From Ascidiella aspersa (Eukaryota): DNA of 64,000 nt. The translations under genes and the position numbers were made by a program. Each line of letters begins with the position of its first letter. The stretch's first letter is position 1. Under the pieces are notes generated by a model that saw only the letters and a list, made by a program, of their open reading frames with translations, had not been told where the DNA came from and ran no database searches. Below, piece after piece: positions 1 through 12,400 of this stretch. The stretch covers positions 17,174,001-17,238,000 of the forward strand of contig OZ004610.1 of the NCBI GenBank assembly GCA_963924565.1, read 5' to 3'.

Positions 1-128
1 TCCGTTGCAATACTTTTATTATGATCAGGGGTCTGGGCACTTCCTAAACACTTTGTGGTGACCTAAATCCCAATGAAATTTTGCTACCTGGATTGATTGC
101 TGTTGTTACAGTCATCGTTTGTGCTGAG

Positions 129-3100
129 ATGTCGTCTGAAAAACAGCTTGATGTTATTGAAATTATGCAAGATGTAAAGCCAGTTCTATTTCCGTTAGAA
201 AATCCAAACCAAGACTTCACTATTGTTGAATACTTTCCAACAACCCATGATGAGAGTATTCCATATTTTAGGGGACAAAACCTTTGTCAGGTAAAAAAAA
301 TATATACTGCATAGGTGGAGGTTCTTATATGAGGCATATAAGAACTTGCACTCAGTTAAAAAATATTTTTCTAAAGATACACCTTTCAATGACCGCGCTG
401 GGACGTAAATTTGCAGACGGCGTGGCAACAAATTTGGCAAGTGTTATTTCGTCTGGGCGAGTGCTGATTGATTGCCGCTCGCCCGACTGGCGAGTGTAAA
501 TTTTTGCTTAGGAACAACCCTGTAATACAAAAATAAAATAAGTATCTCTAATTACTTAATATATTTTTTACCTGACATGTTTGTTCTGTTTTTGAGGTCA
601 CATGTTTAAGATAAACGATGAAAGCAACCATGATTTATTGCATGTTACAATTGGTAGTACCTACCATTGTTTTAAGCCAGAGGTTTCCAAACTTTTCTAA
701 AAATTTGACTCTAGAACCCGTTGCAATTATTTTAATCTAAAGCCATGTTTAAAAGCTTGAGACTTATTTCATTTTGTAAAATTTATCCATGTATAATTAT
801 ACAGTACACAACTATATGTCAAAAAAGGTAACTATATGCCAAAAAAGTATTTTTGAGGTTTCATAGTAACTAATTTTATCAATCAATTAATTATATTTTT
901 ACCCTAAACTGGGCATAAGGCACAAACAAACCCTTCCCGTCAAGGTTATACTTGCCAGGAGGTTAAGATCCTGGCTCTATGGCCAGTGGGTTGTAAGAGG
1001 TCACAAGCACTCCTAGGATGACCGAAGAAGTGCTTTTTAGGAGAGACATACAAACCAAAAAGTCTTCAAATTAGTTTTACTTATAGCAACATTTTAATGC
1101 AAAAGTGCCCAAATTAGTTTAATTTAAGCTCTGTTGGCACGAAAAGTGCCTAAATTGTAATCTAACTATGTGAGAACAAAAATGTAGCCAAGCTAGTATT
1201 GTTGAGTTTATCTACGAACAAACAGTGCCAAAAATAGTTTTATTCAAGCTACATCAACAAAAGAGCTAATTAGTTTTATTTAAACTATGCAACCAAATTC
1301 GTATTTTTAAAATTATTTGAGATACATGCGAATAAAAATTACAAGGCTTTTTCCTCAAAAATATGAGAGATTTTTGTTAAGCCTTGTTTGTCTGATTTCC
1401 TTAATTGTAGTTTTCATATGTTGTCTTGTGTTTTTTTATATTTTAAATCAGAAGTATCCAACATAACTATACTTTTTTTGACTGGCAACTTTATAGAATT
1501 ATATGTGAATTTGTATATTTGTTATAATGCAAAGGAAAGAAATATGTTATGTCTAGGGCGATTATTTGTTGACCTAAAAATCTTTTTTTGACAAAATTTT
1601 GACTTGTTAGAAATACATTAATTTAAACAACGTTTTGTTGTATAAAGTACTGTATTAGTGGCCTAGCTTGGTTAGTTACTTTGATATTTTATTTATGCAT
1701 TTGGTAAACAATTTTGACTTGTCATATTTTTTACCATACCGCCGCTTAATTTGGTCACCTGCAGAGGAAAAAGTGCTAAAATTACTATCACATTGCATTT
1801 TAATTGTTGTTTGAAACCAACAAACTGTAAATTGTTGTAGGCCTCAGTGTTGTGGTGGTAGTCAGCCTGAAAGCCTGGTACAAAATATTTATAATATAAC
1901 TGTTACAGTTTTAATTTCGTGAAATAAATGCTTACGTAGATTGTTGTAGTGGGCTAGCGACCATTTAAAAAATATATGCTGTTTTTTATATGCTGTTTTT
2001 TTTAGACCCATCAGTTGCCCTCCTTGGCAGACTGATTCTTTAAACAGTATTTTTTTATTGACAGTGGTATCCAAATATTGAAGATGCAAAGCAAGTAATT
2101 GAACTGTATCAAATATCCACTCACAGCAAATTTATAAAATTAAACAATCATAAGTACGGATCAGGTATACACTATTGACTCCTCAAAAATTTGAATCTAA
2201 AAATATCCCATTAGCTTAACTTACATGTACTTAACAGATATGACCAGAAGCAGAATACGATGGGATGAATCAACAAAAGTACCATACATTTTACTCCGAA
2301 GTTTGAACCTTGAATGTCAACATGCAAAAGATAGAAACAAAGATTCAAATGAAACAAGAAGAATTCAGAATTCTGGACCCTACAGAGTACCTGTATATAT
2401 TTTTTTAGTTGTATAACTTTATTTGTAGCTTGACAAATAATATTTTTACGGTAGCAGTATGCCAATATTAAAGAAATAATTAGGGTTTTGTTTTTTTGCT
2501 GAACTTATCCTAAAGCTTTCTCAATCATGAGTGATTGTGTGTTTAGGTGAATGATGCAAGACGTGAAAGAAGGCGATACAAATGCAGTAAAACCTCAAAG
2601 AAGGTTGACTGTAAAGCTCTTATTAATGTATTGGAAGTTGTGAAGTTTCCTCAATACATGGTAAGTTTAATTACTAGTAACTGTGGAATAATCATCTCTT
2701 ATCTCACTTTTACCAAAAATGCTGTTAGTGTTACGCAATCTGCGCATTTTAGTCCTAAATGTTTTTCAATATTTTTAATAGAAAATGTGCAACACTAACT
2801 AATGTTTTTATCGGAAATCCTAATTCCCACAAGTAAATAATGGACTTATTACCAATAATTTAAATTATTGACCAATTGTTTGAACAGGCTCATAGATTTG
2901 TAGTCATTACAAATATCCCTCACAAAGTATAAAAGTAATGGAAATGCCACCAGGAACACGCTAAAAGGCTGACTTTTAAATCATTTTCATCCCCATACGT
3001 GCATACAGAGGCAAATCATACTTCTGATTTTTACAATGAAAATGGATAAAATCGAGCAGTTAAAGAGAGTAATCTTGCCAAAAATGGGTTAAGCATATTG

Positions 3101-4260
3101 GCTTTTGAGTGTGCTTTTGGCATGTTGCGGGTAGGATTTTTAAACAACTTAACCGTTTTTTTAACCACTATAGTGAGCTTTGGCTACGTTATTTCCAAAG
3201 AGTAAAATTTCTTCTAGAGAAATATGACTAAACAAATCAGATGCTCACAAAATAATTATTTTCTACTCTATTTTCCTACTCTAGAATCGTTTTGATTATT
3301 CATTGAAATATTAAAAAAACTTTTTATCATGTGCAATGCGTTTGTTCAATTTCTTGGTGTGGTTTGGTTGCACAAGAGTGTGTTATAAGTCATTAAATAA
3401 AAGTAATTGGTCTTCAGTCATTAAAGATAAACATAACTACTCAAAACTAAGTTAGGACCTTTAACAGGGGCTAGAAGTTTTTTTAAGTGATTAATAGCAT
3501 GCAACGTGTCATGATGTTGGTCCCCCCTGTCACAGTTAAATGATTTCATAATCAAATATATATTTTTATGTAGACTAAACCACATTTACAATTGTTCTTC
3601 CGGCAAAATTGTATTGTAGTACACACGTTTCGATCACCCATTCGGGAAATCTTCTTCAGGCAATATAATTGCAACTTAAGTTGAAAACATATATATAACA
3701 AACAATAAAACTCATTTAAATTATTTTACATATTTTCCTGTATTACTTATTAATGAGAACAGGTTGCTACCTAAAAGTAGTATACACAGGTACTATTATT
3801 TTGTTTTGTTCTTTAGGTTACAGATTTATCAAAGCAAACTCGTACATGCATGAGCAAATTGATCCGCAACGCCCTTCAAGTGGAGGAACTAAATTTGATA
3901 AAGCAATTTGCTGTAAGAGTAACTTTTCCAGCATTAGAATCCCACACTGGACATTCTTTAGGCGAAGTAACCGATTCCCAAAGTACAATGCTTCAGATTT
4001 CTGACATTATAGGTGACATTCAACGGGTTACTCCAGTTGTTCAATCTTCAAAAATACTAACTGAGGTTAAGGGTGAACTGGAGTCTATACTTCGTAAACT
4101 TACTAGTTCTTGTGAAGCATCTGGACTTGAAAATCAAAATGAACTTTCATCATTCAGTTTAATAAGAAAAAATTCTAAACCTAACAAAATGGAATGGAAC
4201 TCCTACATTCCACAGACTAAAGTTGCTGTGGTTGTCACTACAGAACCCCCATTGACATAA
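129..4260 (+). CDS. CaRF-like (calcium-responsive transcription factor / ALS2CR8 domain) protein, 5 exons, ~324 aa
   Basis: Phase-consistent GT-AG exons 129-290, 2065-2164, 2238-2392, 2547-2660, 3817-4260. Translation has VPYILLRSLNLECQH, SKKVDCKALINVLEVVKFPQY and VTFPALESHTGH, which resemble the CaRF DNA-binding region (ECQ.G, KK..CPA.I....V.KFPEY, V.LP....H..H). Confidence 0.65.
1068..1295. repeat. degenerate ~40-bp minisatellite
   Basis: Recurring caaattagtttt...aaaagtgcc units, about 5-6 diverged copies, in intron 1 of the CaRF-like gene. Confidence 0.5.
3607..3670 (-). ncRNA. minimal type-I hammerhead ribozyme-like motif (Penelope-type relic)
   Basis: Minus strand reads aauuauauugc CUGAAGA a GAU..CCC gaau GGG..AUC GAAAC gugu GUA cuacaauacaauu: both core boxes, stem II, 2-bp stem III, GUA triplet and an imperfect stem I (uauug/caaua). 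Confidence 0.6.
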
Positions 4261-4539
4261 TTATGATTTTGTATATTATTCGTTTATTTGCCATAAATGA
4301 TTTAATGCAAAATCCAAGTGTTCATAGTTTGCCAGACTTGTGCTTCTCTTGGTTGGTTTTATGCCAATATTTCTGCAAACATTTAATTTCAACATCGTCT
4401 TATGTATGCTTTTAATTAAATTGTATTTCAAAAAACATTTCTATATTTTTTTAAAGACCAATATTTATTTGTGATGTGTTTGTAGGAGGTTTAATATTAG
4501 TTCTTTCATTAGGCATAGTATTTTTAATTAAATTGCAAC

Positions 4540-6264
4540 ATGAATCATGGTTGGGACCTATCAAGCACTGATGATGACGAAACTGATGTAGAAGAGCAAA
4601 GTTTGTTGCCCCAAACAGGAAAGAAAATATTTCCAAGTCCTTCACAAATTAAAGCAAAAACAACTAGGGATCAATATTCAAATAAAAGTCACACTCTATG
4701 TCCTTATGGTGAAAAATGTTACAGAAATAATCCATCACACTTTAAGGAATATCAGCATTCACAGAAGCGTATCAAACATGATAGTCGTGATTTGAATGAA
4801 CCAAAAGTTAAGAGAGCAAAAACATTGACTGGTGCTCATCCTAGTAAGTCATCTCACAGTGAATCAGTTGAAGCCTACAACTTTTCGTTGCCACATTATT
4901 TTTTATTAACCACTGTCAAAGACATAGAGAGTCGATTTAACTATGTATGTTCCTCCACTAACCCTGATTTGATTTCACCACCATCATTGTCACTTAAAGA
5001 CATTTTATCAGAAAAATTTGGAAAAATAGTTAAATCTGTGCAGTTTAATTATTGCATTGATATTGAATGGGTTCTGGAACAGTACCCATTGCAAGCACGA
5101 AGTGTTCCTTTATTAATTGTACATGGGGAACAAGCAGGTAACAACTTAAAATTAATAGAAGAAGCAAAAGCATTTCCCAATATTGAGCTCTGCAGGGCAG
5201 AGTTGCCTCCATATGGAACACACCACACTAAAATGATGTTTCTTTTGTATAAAGAAGGGTTTCGGGTGGTTGTAGGTACAGCCAACTTGGTGCAACAAGA
5301 TTGGAAAAACCGCACTCAGGGACTGTGGATTAGTCCAGTATTCAAAATTACTTCTGGTGGTAGCCAAAGTAAGAATGACTTTCAGAATGACTTGATCACT
5401 TATTTAAACGCCTATCATCGCAAAGCACTTGATCCTTGGATTACCATAATTAAAAACTGTGAAATGGGTAACGTAAATGTGCTGCTTGTTGGTTCTGTTC
5501 CAGGCCGTCACACAGGTAGGTCATTAAATACCTGGGGCCACATGAAGCTTAGAGCTCTTCTGTCCCGTCATGTTAAAGGTGTTGACCATAGTTGGCCGGT
5601 TGTTGGTCAGTTTTCTAGCATTGGATCCCTTGGCACAACAAAAGACAAATGGGTTTGTTCTGAATGGTTAACCAGCTTGTCTGCAACCATTAAGCAATCT
5701 GCTTCTGTTTCAAGTAAACCACCATTAAAATTGATTTTTCCCACAGTTGACAATGTGCGACAGAGTTTGGATGGTTATCCATCTGGTGCTTCATTGCCTT
5801 ACAGTCTGGCAAACTACAAGAAACAACCCTGGCTGAATAAATTTTTTTATCAATGGAACTCAGATCACTGCGGCCGCAGTAAGGCATCCCCACACATTAA
5901 ATGTTACTCTCGTATTTCACCTTTCAAAACCAATGTTCGGGCAGCCTGGTTTTTGCTATCAAGTGCTAATTTATCAAAGGCTGCTTGGGGATGCTTGGAA
6001 AAACAGGGATCCCAACTTGCCATCAAATCTTATGAACTTGGTGTTTTGTTTTTGCCTTCTTTAAATTTAAATAAGTGCGATGATGGAGATGATATTGTCC
6101 AGAATTACTTTCAGGTTACTCCCTCACAAAAATCGTGCTCTAGATTTCCATTGCCCTTTTCTTTGCCACTGCAGCCTTACACCAACTCAGATGAACCATG
6201 GACTTGGGATTCCCCACACAAGGAAGCCCCAGATAGATTTGGAAATATTTGGGTTCCCTCTTAA
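4540..6264 (+). CDS. TDP1: tyrosyl-DNA phosphodiesterase 1, intronless, with N-terminal PBZ zinc finger
   Basis: 574-aa ORF with both catalytic HxK motifs (GTHHTKMM..TANL; PHIKCY..SANLSKAAWG), QFSSIGSLG, SYELGVLF and C-terminal PDRFGNIW. CPYGEKCYRNNPSHFKEYQH fits the PBZ consensus. AATAAA at ~6302. Confidence 0.97.
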   Translation: MNHGWDLSSTDDDETDVEEQSLLPQTGKKIFPSPSQIKAKTTRDQYSNKSHTLCPYGEKCYRNNPSHFKEYQHSQKRIKHDSRDLNEPKVKRAKTLTGAHPSKSSHSESVEAYNFSLPHYFLLTTVKDIESRFNYVCSSTNPDLISPPSLSLKDILSEKFGKIVKSVQFNYCIDIEWVLEQYPLQARSVPLLIVHGEQAGNNLKLIEEAKAFPNIELCRAELPPYGTHHTKMMFLLYKEGFRVVVGTANLVQQDWKNRTQGLWISPVFKITSGGSQSKNDFQNDLITYLNAYHRKALDPWITIIKNCEMGNVNVLLVGSVPGRHTGRSLNTWGHMKLRALLSRHVKGVDHSWPVVGQFSSIGSLGTTKDKWVCSEWLTSLSATIKQSASVSSKPPLKLIFPTVDNVRQSLDGYPSGASLPYSLANYKKQPWLNKFFYQWNSDHCGRSKASPHIKCYSRISPFKTNVRAAWFLLSSANLSKAAWGCLEKQGSQLAIKSYELGVLFLPSLNLNKCDDGDDIVQNYFQVTPSQKSCSRFPLPFSLPLQPYTNSDEPWTWDSPHKEAPDRFGNIWVPS

Positions 6265-6518
6265 CAGAACCATACCTAAAATAATTTTTTTATATATCCA
6301 CAATAAATGTCCCAATACTTAATTACTCCTATGTATTTGTGTGTTAAATAAGTTATTCCTAAGATATAGATTTTATTAAATATTTGCTGTTATGATTGTT
6401 TTAAAAATGGTGTCTATTTGCAAAGGTTAAGCATTTTTTGTACATTTTAGTTGTGCTGTTTGGTTACTAGTAAAGGATTACACAGATAACATTTTCGGAA
6501 ATGAAATAACTAGATGCC

Positions 6519-9500
6519 ATGACTATATTGATGAACTTGCTTTATGCTGTGGTATTCCTAATGTTCTTCAAGGTTGTGTTTACCGAAGATGCCAATGAGG
6601 TACCTTAGGCCTAGGCTATGTGACATATTCGTATACATGAATATTTAAGATTGTTTTATATATAGGATTCTATTTGTTTTCACAAATCTTGCCAACTTCT
6701 GCCGCCCAATTCAAGCTCGCTAGAAAGGGATTGCAGAGAGTCCCGGGGATTGTCTATGAAAGGAAGATGCTGTGTTCTTCTAAATGACAACATTGATATT
6801 ATGGGGTGAATATTATTGGTCTAGAGTAGGGGTGGGCAACCTTTTTAACACAAGGGCCAGTTGCAAATAAACACTAATTCATATTTTCAGCTTTTCCTAA
6901 AAAAACTAATGAGTACTAGGCTGCAACTACGACAATTTGGTCAGTGCTGTTTACTTGTGGATTCAGAAATAACTTTTTCTACAATTCCAATGACGCCTTT
7001 CTCATACGGATCGGTTAGGTACAATTTAATTAACAGCCTTAATTCAAAACCAGCTGTTAAACATAACATCTCAGTCAATATGCGTGGCAAAAGTCTGTTA
7101 CACCTTGACCATACCAGACAAGTGTAATTGTTGCAAAACAATTCTTTATCATAACCAGGTGACACAAGTAATACTTTATGAATGAAGATTGTTTCGTAAT
7201 AGATGCTTCCCATTTGAGTTCAACTGCATTAGTGTGGAGGTGTAGCCCATAAGTTACATCGCACTTCAAACCAGAAACTGATAGATCAAAAGTTCCAACA
7301 TGGTGCACACTCATAGCTTTATTTAGGGAAAATAGCTGGAAGAAGGTGAAGGGCCACACAAAAAATGGAGTAGGCCCGTGGGCCGCACAGTGCCCCGCCC
7401 TGGTATAGAGTGTTACATATGTAGCTACGTCTATAAAATTGTAATTTTTTTCTATATGATATTTTGGGGGTAAACATAATGCAAAACAAAACCCTTAAAA
7501 AACACATTACTTCAACAAATGTACCGGTATGCCAAAGCATACAATGAGAAATGTTATGTTTTAAATTGGTAAACCTAGGGAAACCATAGAAATTAAAAAA
7601 AAAAAAAGTGGTCCAAACTGAAAAGTTTGGGAAGCCCTAGACCTAAGGTGTCCCATAACTGCAATACAGAATCTCTCACTTCTTATAATTGTGCTTGTGA
7701 ATATATTCTTCACAGCTTGCCGAAATTATTTTACAGCTCTGCCGAAATTGTATGATTTACTACTTTTCATTTTATTTCCCAAACATCATTGTAGTTCACC
7801 TATTGATTTTAAAGCATGTGGAGAAAGTATGCCCAAGGCAGAAAAAGGATTTTGCTGCCATCCTATGTTTTGATAGGCGGCTTATTTTTATATGGTTTGC
7901 TTTACCCAGTGTATCGCATTTATTATACGTGAATATATCGTAAGTTGTAAGAGCTAAGATTTTTCGTCAAACTGGAATTTATGTAGACAAATTGTTTAAA
8001 TTTCTGGCAAGCTTTAAAGAATTTCGTCCAGCACTAATAATTGAAATTATATATCACTACAGAGAGATTCAATAAATTTGTTTTACTCCAAATAAACATG
8101 TTTCATTCATAAAGGCCAGCCCTTTTTATTTAGTAACGTTAACAAACAAAATATAACTGTTTGAGACAACCAAATAATGTGCACAAAGGTTACATAACAA
8201 ATAATTAGTTGAGTAAGTAAGATCATATTATGCTCTTTTTATTATAACTTTGAGTTTTCAAATTCGTAATGTACTTGCCTAGCACATAAAATAGTACATA
8301 CAGTGGTTTAGGTTATTAATTTGTTGTTATACCATGAAGACTTAACTCATTAAAACGAAACCAATACAATCATAAACAAACAACCGCCAAAATACGAAAG
8401 GAACACTTTCGTAACATTTTTTAAGAAATTAAAGTATTGAATACCAAGAGATAAATATAGTGAAAAATTTTCAAGAATCTCGGTAAAAAATAATAGTCGG
8501 CTTCTATGGGCTAGAACCACTGGTCTATTTAACTACTATATTTCTTGACCAAAAATTTTCTGCTAAAAAAGCTCATTATGATAACTAAATAAGTGTAAAA
8601 ATTTTACTTGCATAAAACATTTTTTTTAACTGGTCAAAATAATAATGCCAGCCTTATACCATATGTAGTACAAAAAAAATATTGTCTGTCACTGCAATAT
8701 AAGGCAATTGAGCCTATGTTAAAAGCAGGCTGCGGAGTCCGACTCGCAAAACTACCCGAGTCGCGAGTCCAACTTTTGAAACTGATATTACGCAAACTGT
8801 AATTTGTAAAGGTGGAACAGCATATGGTGAATATTTTTCAACCATGTATTGTGAGTTAATAAATTATATAAAATCCCTAGAAGTGAATTGCTGAATATCT
8901 ATCCTATTTAGTTACACTATTTGACGAGATACAGGTTGTAGAGTCTGAGCCGGACTCACGACTCGACAAAACCGCATATTGGGCCGGATTCGGCCCAGGT
9001 TATTTTTTATAGACTCCGCAGCCCTGGTTAAAAGTATGATATCTTTCAGTAAAATTTCTTCTCAATTTTAGGATTGATTTGTCTTACTGCAATCTAACTT
9101 CCATTGATACAGTTTTTGACAATACTCCCCATGTCAAACGTATGTGAGTACTGATTAAAGTTTATTGAAGTATTTCAACTTTTTTAATATTGTTGTTCCA
9201 TTATAGCAATCTGACAAACAATCCAGATCTAGAAATTGACGAAAATACATTTCGAGGATTAACGCAACTCAATATGCTGTATGAACCCTAGACTAAGTTA
9301 TATTTGTATTGTGTATGAATAAAAGCACTTGGAATAATGTTGTTTTGGTAGTACAACTAAATTATCAAAACATTGTATGAATTTAATTACGTTTTTTTCT
9401 GTGGCTTTTGCTCTAACTCGTATTTTATTATATTTATTATAAGTGTAACAAAATGTTGTGCAGCTCTCTTCCAAACCATATTGGATGCCCAGGAACACAT

Positions 9501-11907
9501 ACGTGGTTTAATGTAACATGGCAGGCTTGGAACACAACTGAATATCATCATCACATGAACAGTTGCAATAACCATACTGACACATGTCATCTGTTACAGA
9601 ACTACAACTGTAAGTATTGCTCGGGTAATAATATTAACAATAAGGGGTGTGTGATACTCAACATTTTTTCCATGGTTTTACAAGTATTTTTTTCAAAAAA
9701 TACACAATCCTTTTAGTTATATATATTTTGATAAAAAGCTTATTCGTATGTGGTGCGTCACAAATCATAAAATAAATTCCTATTTTAATTTAGTATTGTT
9801 CCCCTATACGTTGGATGAGTACGGATTTTACCACTTGACATTGTTATTCGTTTGAGAGAGGCATGACGTTACAACGTTACGTCATAACAGGGGCGTATTC
9901 AAAAATCAAAATGAGGGGTAAATAAAAGAATTTCCCCCATTTTTTCCCATTGATCGTTATTGATTAATTACGTTATAAATTTGTGATGGTAAAGACGTCA
10001 TAAATAGAAAAAACACTTAAATAAGCTTGTTGACGGTCAGCGAAAGCAAACCTTAAGCGAAGACGTACGTCGTCAAGACTCCTGCTGGGCACCATCCGCG
10101 AAACCGATAAATTGTGCTATCATTAACTTTAGTTAAATCGCCATATTTCCTAGTTTTAAAGTCGAATATTGCTCGGAAGTTCGCAAATGTTTTGCACGGT
10201 TTATCTTTATGCACTTCGAAGAGTAGATTTTTTCTTTCTTCAGCGTTTGATTTTGCTTTCCCTTTAGCTTAAGACACGTGACCTAATTACATTAAAATGC
10301 ACTTCCGCTTTGGACATTGAGTTGAACACTGACTAAAACGAAAAGATAATAAACTTACAAAAAAGAAGGGGGTCCGAAACACCCAATGTGTGATATAGTT
10401 GTGCAAGGTACATTTGACTGAATAAACTGAAAAAAAATAAGCAAAATAAGTTCGCATGTAGTATATTTGTTGTCCATTCTTTAATCAAAAGTGAATGAAT
10501 AAAATGTAAAATGTCCTGCTTTTGATGAAAGGCTTTTTTAATTAAACTCATTAACTTGTAGATGCGACACATAAAAAAACGGAGTATGAAATAACTTTTT
10601 ATAAGGCAAAAGTAAAACAAACGCATAACAAGAAAAAAACATTGCTGAGCACTTATAGCGTATATAAAGTACAATTGTAAACAGTTGAACGGACCACTTC
10701 TGAGGATTTGGTTGGCCACATTTGGCCCGCTAGCCGCAGGCTGAACTGGTTTGGCTTCTCGGTGTGTGCTTCTACACACCATTGTTAAATGAACGTGCCA
10801 AACTCACTTATGTTTTGTTTATTGGTTTATCATTTGCTGATCGAAGATGAATAAAAACAACAATTAATTATTATATAGATGTAAGATTTTGTTTGAAATT
10901 AATGTAGGCCTACTTACAACTCCTATGACATGATACCCCTTTTTGAATCCAAGTTAAATGGCCCTAGTTTAGAAGACTAGTTCCTTATAACTTTATTACA
11001 TGCTTTTTTTATAATTTTTTAAAGTTGTGGGTTGACATAATTACTAAAGTTGATTTAGTACAGGGGTCGGCAACCTTCGGCCCGCCAGTGTAATTCATCC
11101 GGCCCGCCGCCTCTTTGAAAAACTAGATACGAGTCCATTTCACATACTTTTTGACAATTTTAACTAACTTGGAAGAAAAATTTTGGAGCTTTGCGCGAAT
11201 GATCTTTATACTTCCCGTTTGTTGCTGTCTAGTTTTGATGCTGTCTTTTAAACTATAGGTTCACGCTTTACCGTTGCGGCGTGAAAGCCTGACAGACAAG
11301 GGCGGCGCGGACAAACGGAAAACGTATTCAAAAATATTGCACATATATTTTTAACATTTTACTCTTATCAGCAATGTAATAAAAACATGTAAGAAATTTA
11401 AAAGAAATGCCAGTATACCAAAAAAAACGCGACGAGCGAAACCAAACAAACGCTTTTTTCGCGCTTTGCGTCAACACTTTACTGCCTCCTTAAATATAAT
11501 TAAACACGTTTTTAAGCGCAAAACAATCCGAGGCTCGCTAGATTCACAATCTAGATTCACAAATATGTTGTTCTAACACTTTAATAACACAATTCTTAGT
11601 TAAGATTTTGTGCGGGCGCAGAGATCTTTCTGAGGTTGTTTTTGGCCCGCGACTAGAAAAAGGTTGCCGACCCCTGATTTAGTATAATGTTGTCGTTTTT
11701 GTTGCAGTTAGTTGTCCCATACATTCTGAATGTAAAGATGATGGTCCAGGTTTATTTAAATGCTCATGTATTAAGGGATGGCAAGGTTACAAATGTCTCC
11801 GAAAGATGAAAGGCGATCCATCAATTGCAATTGTGTCGAGTACGATTGGTGTGACAGTAGCTTTGTCGGCTTGCTTGTGGTTTACACAGAGACGCCATGT
11901 TATATAA
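6519..11907 (+). CDS. ATRAID: all-trans retinoic acid-induced differentiation factor (APR-3), 6 exons, ~236 aa
   Basis: Exons 6519-6599 (signal peptide), 6666-6805 (GRCC), 9072-9143 and 9207-9278 (two 72-nt LRR exons: IDLSYCNL, NTFRGLTQL), 9464-9609 (CPG) and 11708-11907 (EGF CPIHSECKDDGPGLFKCSCIKGWQGYKCLR, TM, LWFTQRRHVI*). All phases are compatible. Largely missing from the ORF track. Confidence 0.9.
6827..7402. mobile_element. hAT-type MITE
   Basis: Ends taggggtgggcaac / gtgccccgccctg; 8-bp TSD gtctagag / gtatagag. Confidence 0.7.
8726..9026. mobile_element. hAT-type MITE family A (CAGGGCTGCGGAGTC TIR), copy 1
   Basis: TIR caggctgcggagtc / gactccgcagccctg; perfect 8-bp TSD gttaaaag. Confidence 0.85.
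11061..11676. mobile_element. hAT-type MITE family B (CAGGGGTCGGCAAC TIR), copy 1
   Basis: TIR caggggtcggcaacc / ggttgccgacccctg; perfect 8-bp TSD atttagta; homologous along its length to 52557-53140. Confidence 0.9.
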
Positions 11908-12323
11908 TTTAACACAATGTTTGTCTGGTTAAGTTTAGTATAGTCACTATGCTGCCAGACTTCTAACATTTATGTGCAATATATTTTTGTTTTATTCCTA
12001 TTTTGCAATTCTGTATTTCTCGTTTTTTCAATGGAATAAATTAATATCTATAAGCTACTGTATAATTTATTCGTGTTTGTTTTATATATTTTTTTAATTC
12101 ATTTTTTTTATTTTATTGATCTGCAACAAATTCTGTAATATAAAAATAATAAAGCTATAGACGGAAATGTTCGGGATGACAAGCTGAGTGTCATTTAGTT
12201 AGCTAAGATTTATTGAGGTTTGCTGACCGCACCAGCCGCATTTACCAACGAAAGATACATACACAACATACGTGAAGTAGGCTAAACAGTGGTGTCATGG
12301 TTGTCTCTCGATTCTCCCCGCTT

Positions 12324-12400
12324 GAGACTTTGTAGCTCAGTTAGTAGAGCCACGTTTCCCATCTGGCCGGAGGTCGTGAATTAATTACCTTATATAGGCT
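12324..12400 (+). mobile_element. tRNA-derived (SINE-like) head, degenerate
   Basis: gagactttgTAGCTCAGTTAGTAGAGC is an A-box/D-arm, followed by ggaggtcgtgaattaatt (decayed B-box region). No intact cloverleaf. Confidence 0.45.

Noticed and set aside
10333-10782. 149-aa minus-strand ORF
   Set aside because: Low-complexity F/L/I-rich translation of AT-rich ATRAID intron; no motif.
12324-12400. Functional tRNA gene
   Set aside because: B-box/T-arm and acceptor stem are not intact; treated as SINE-like.
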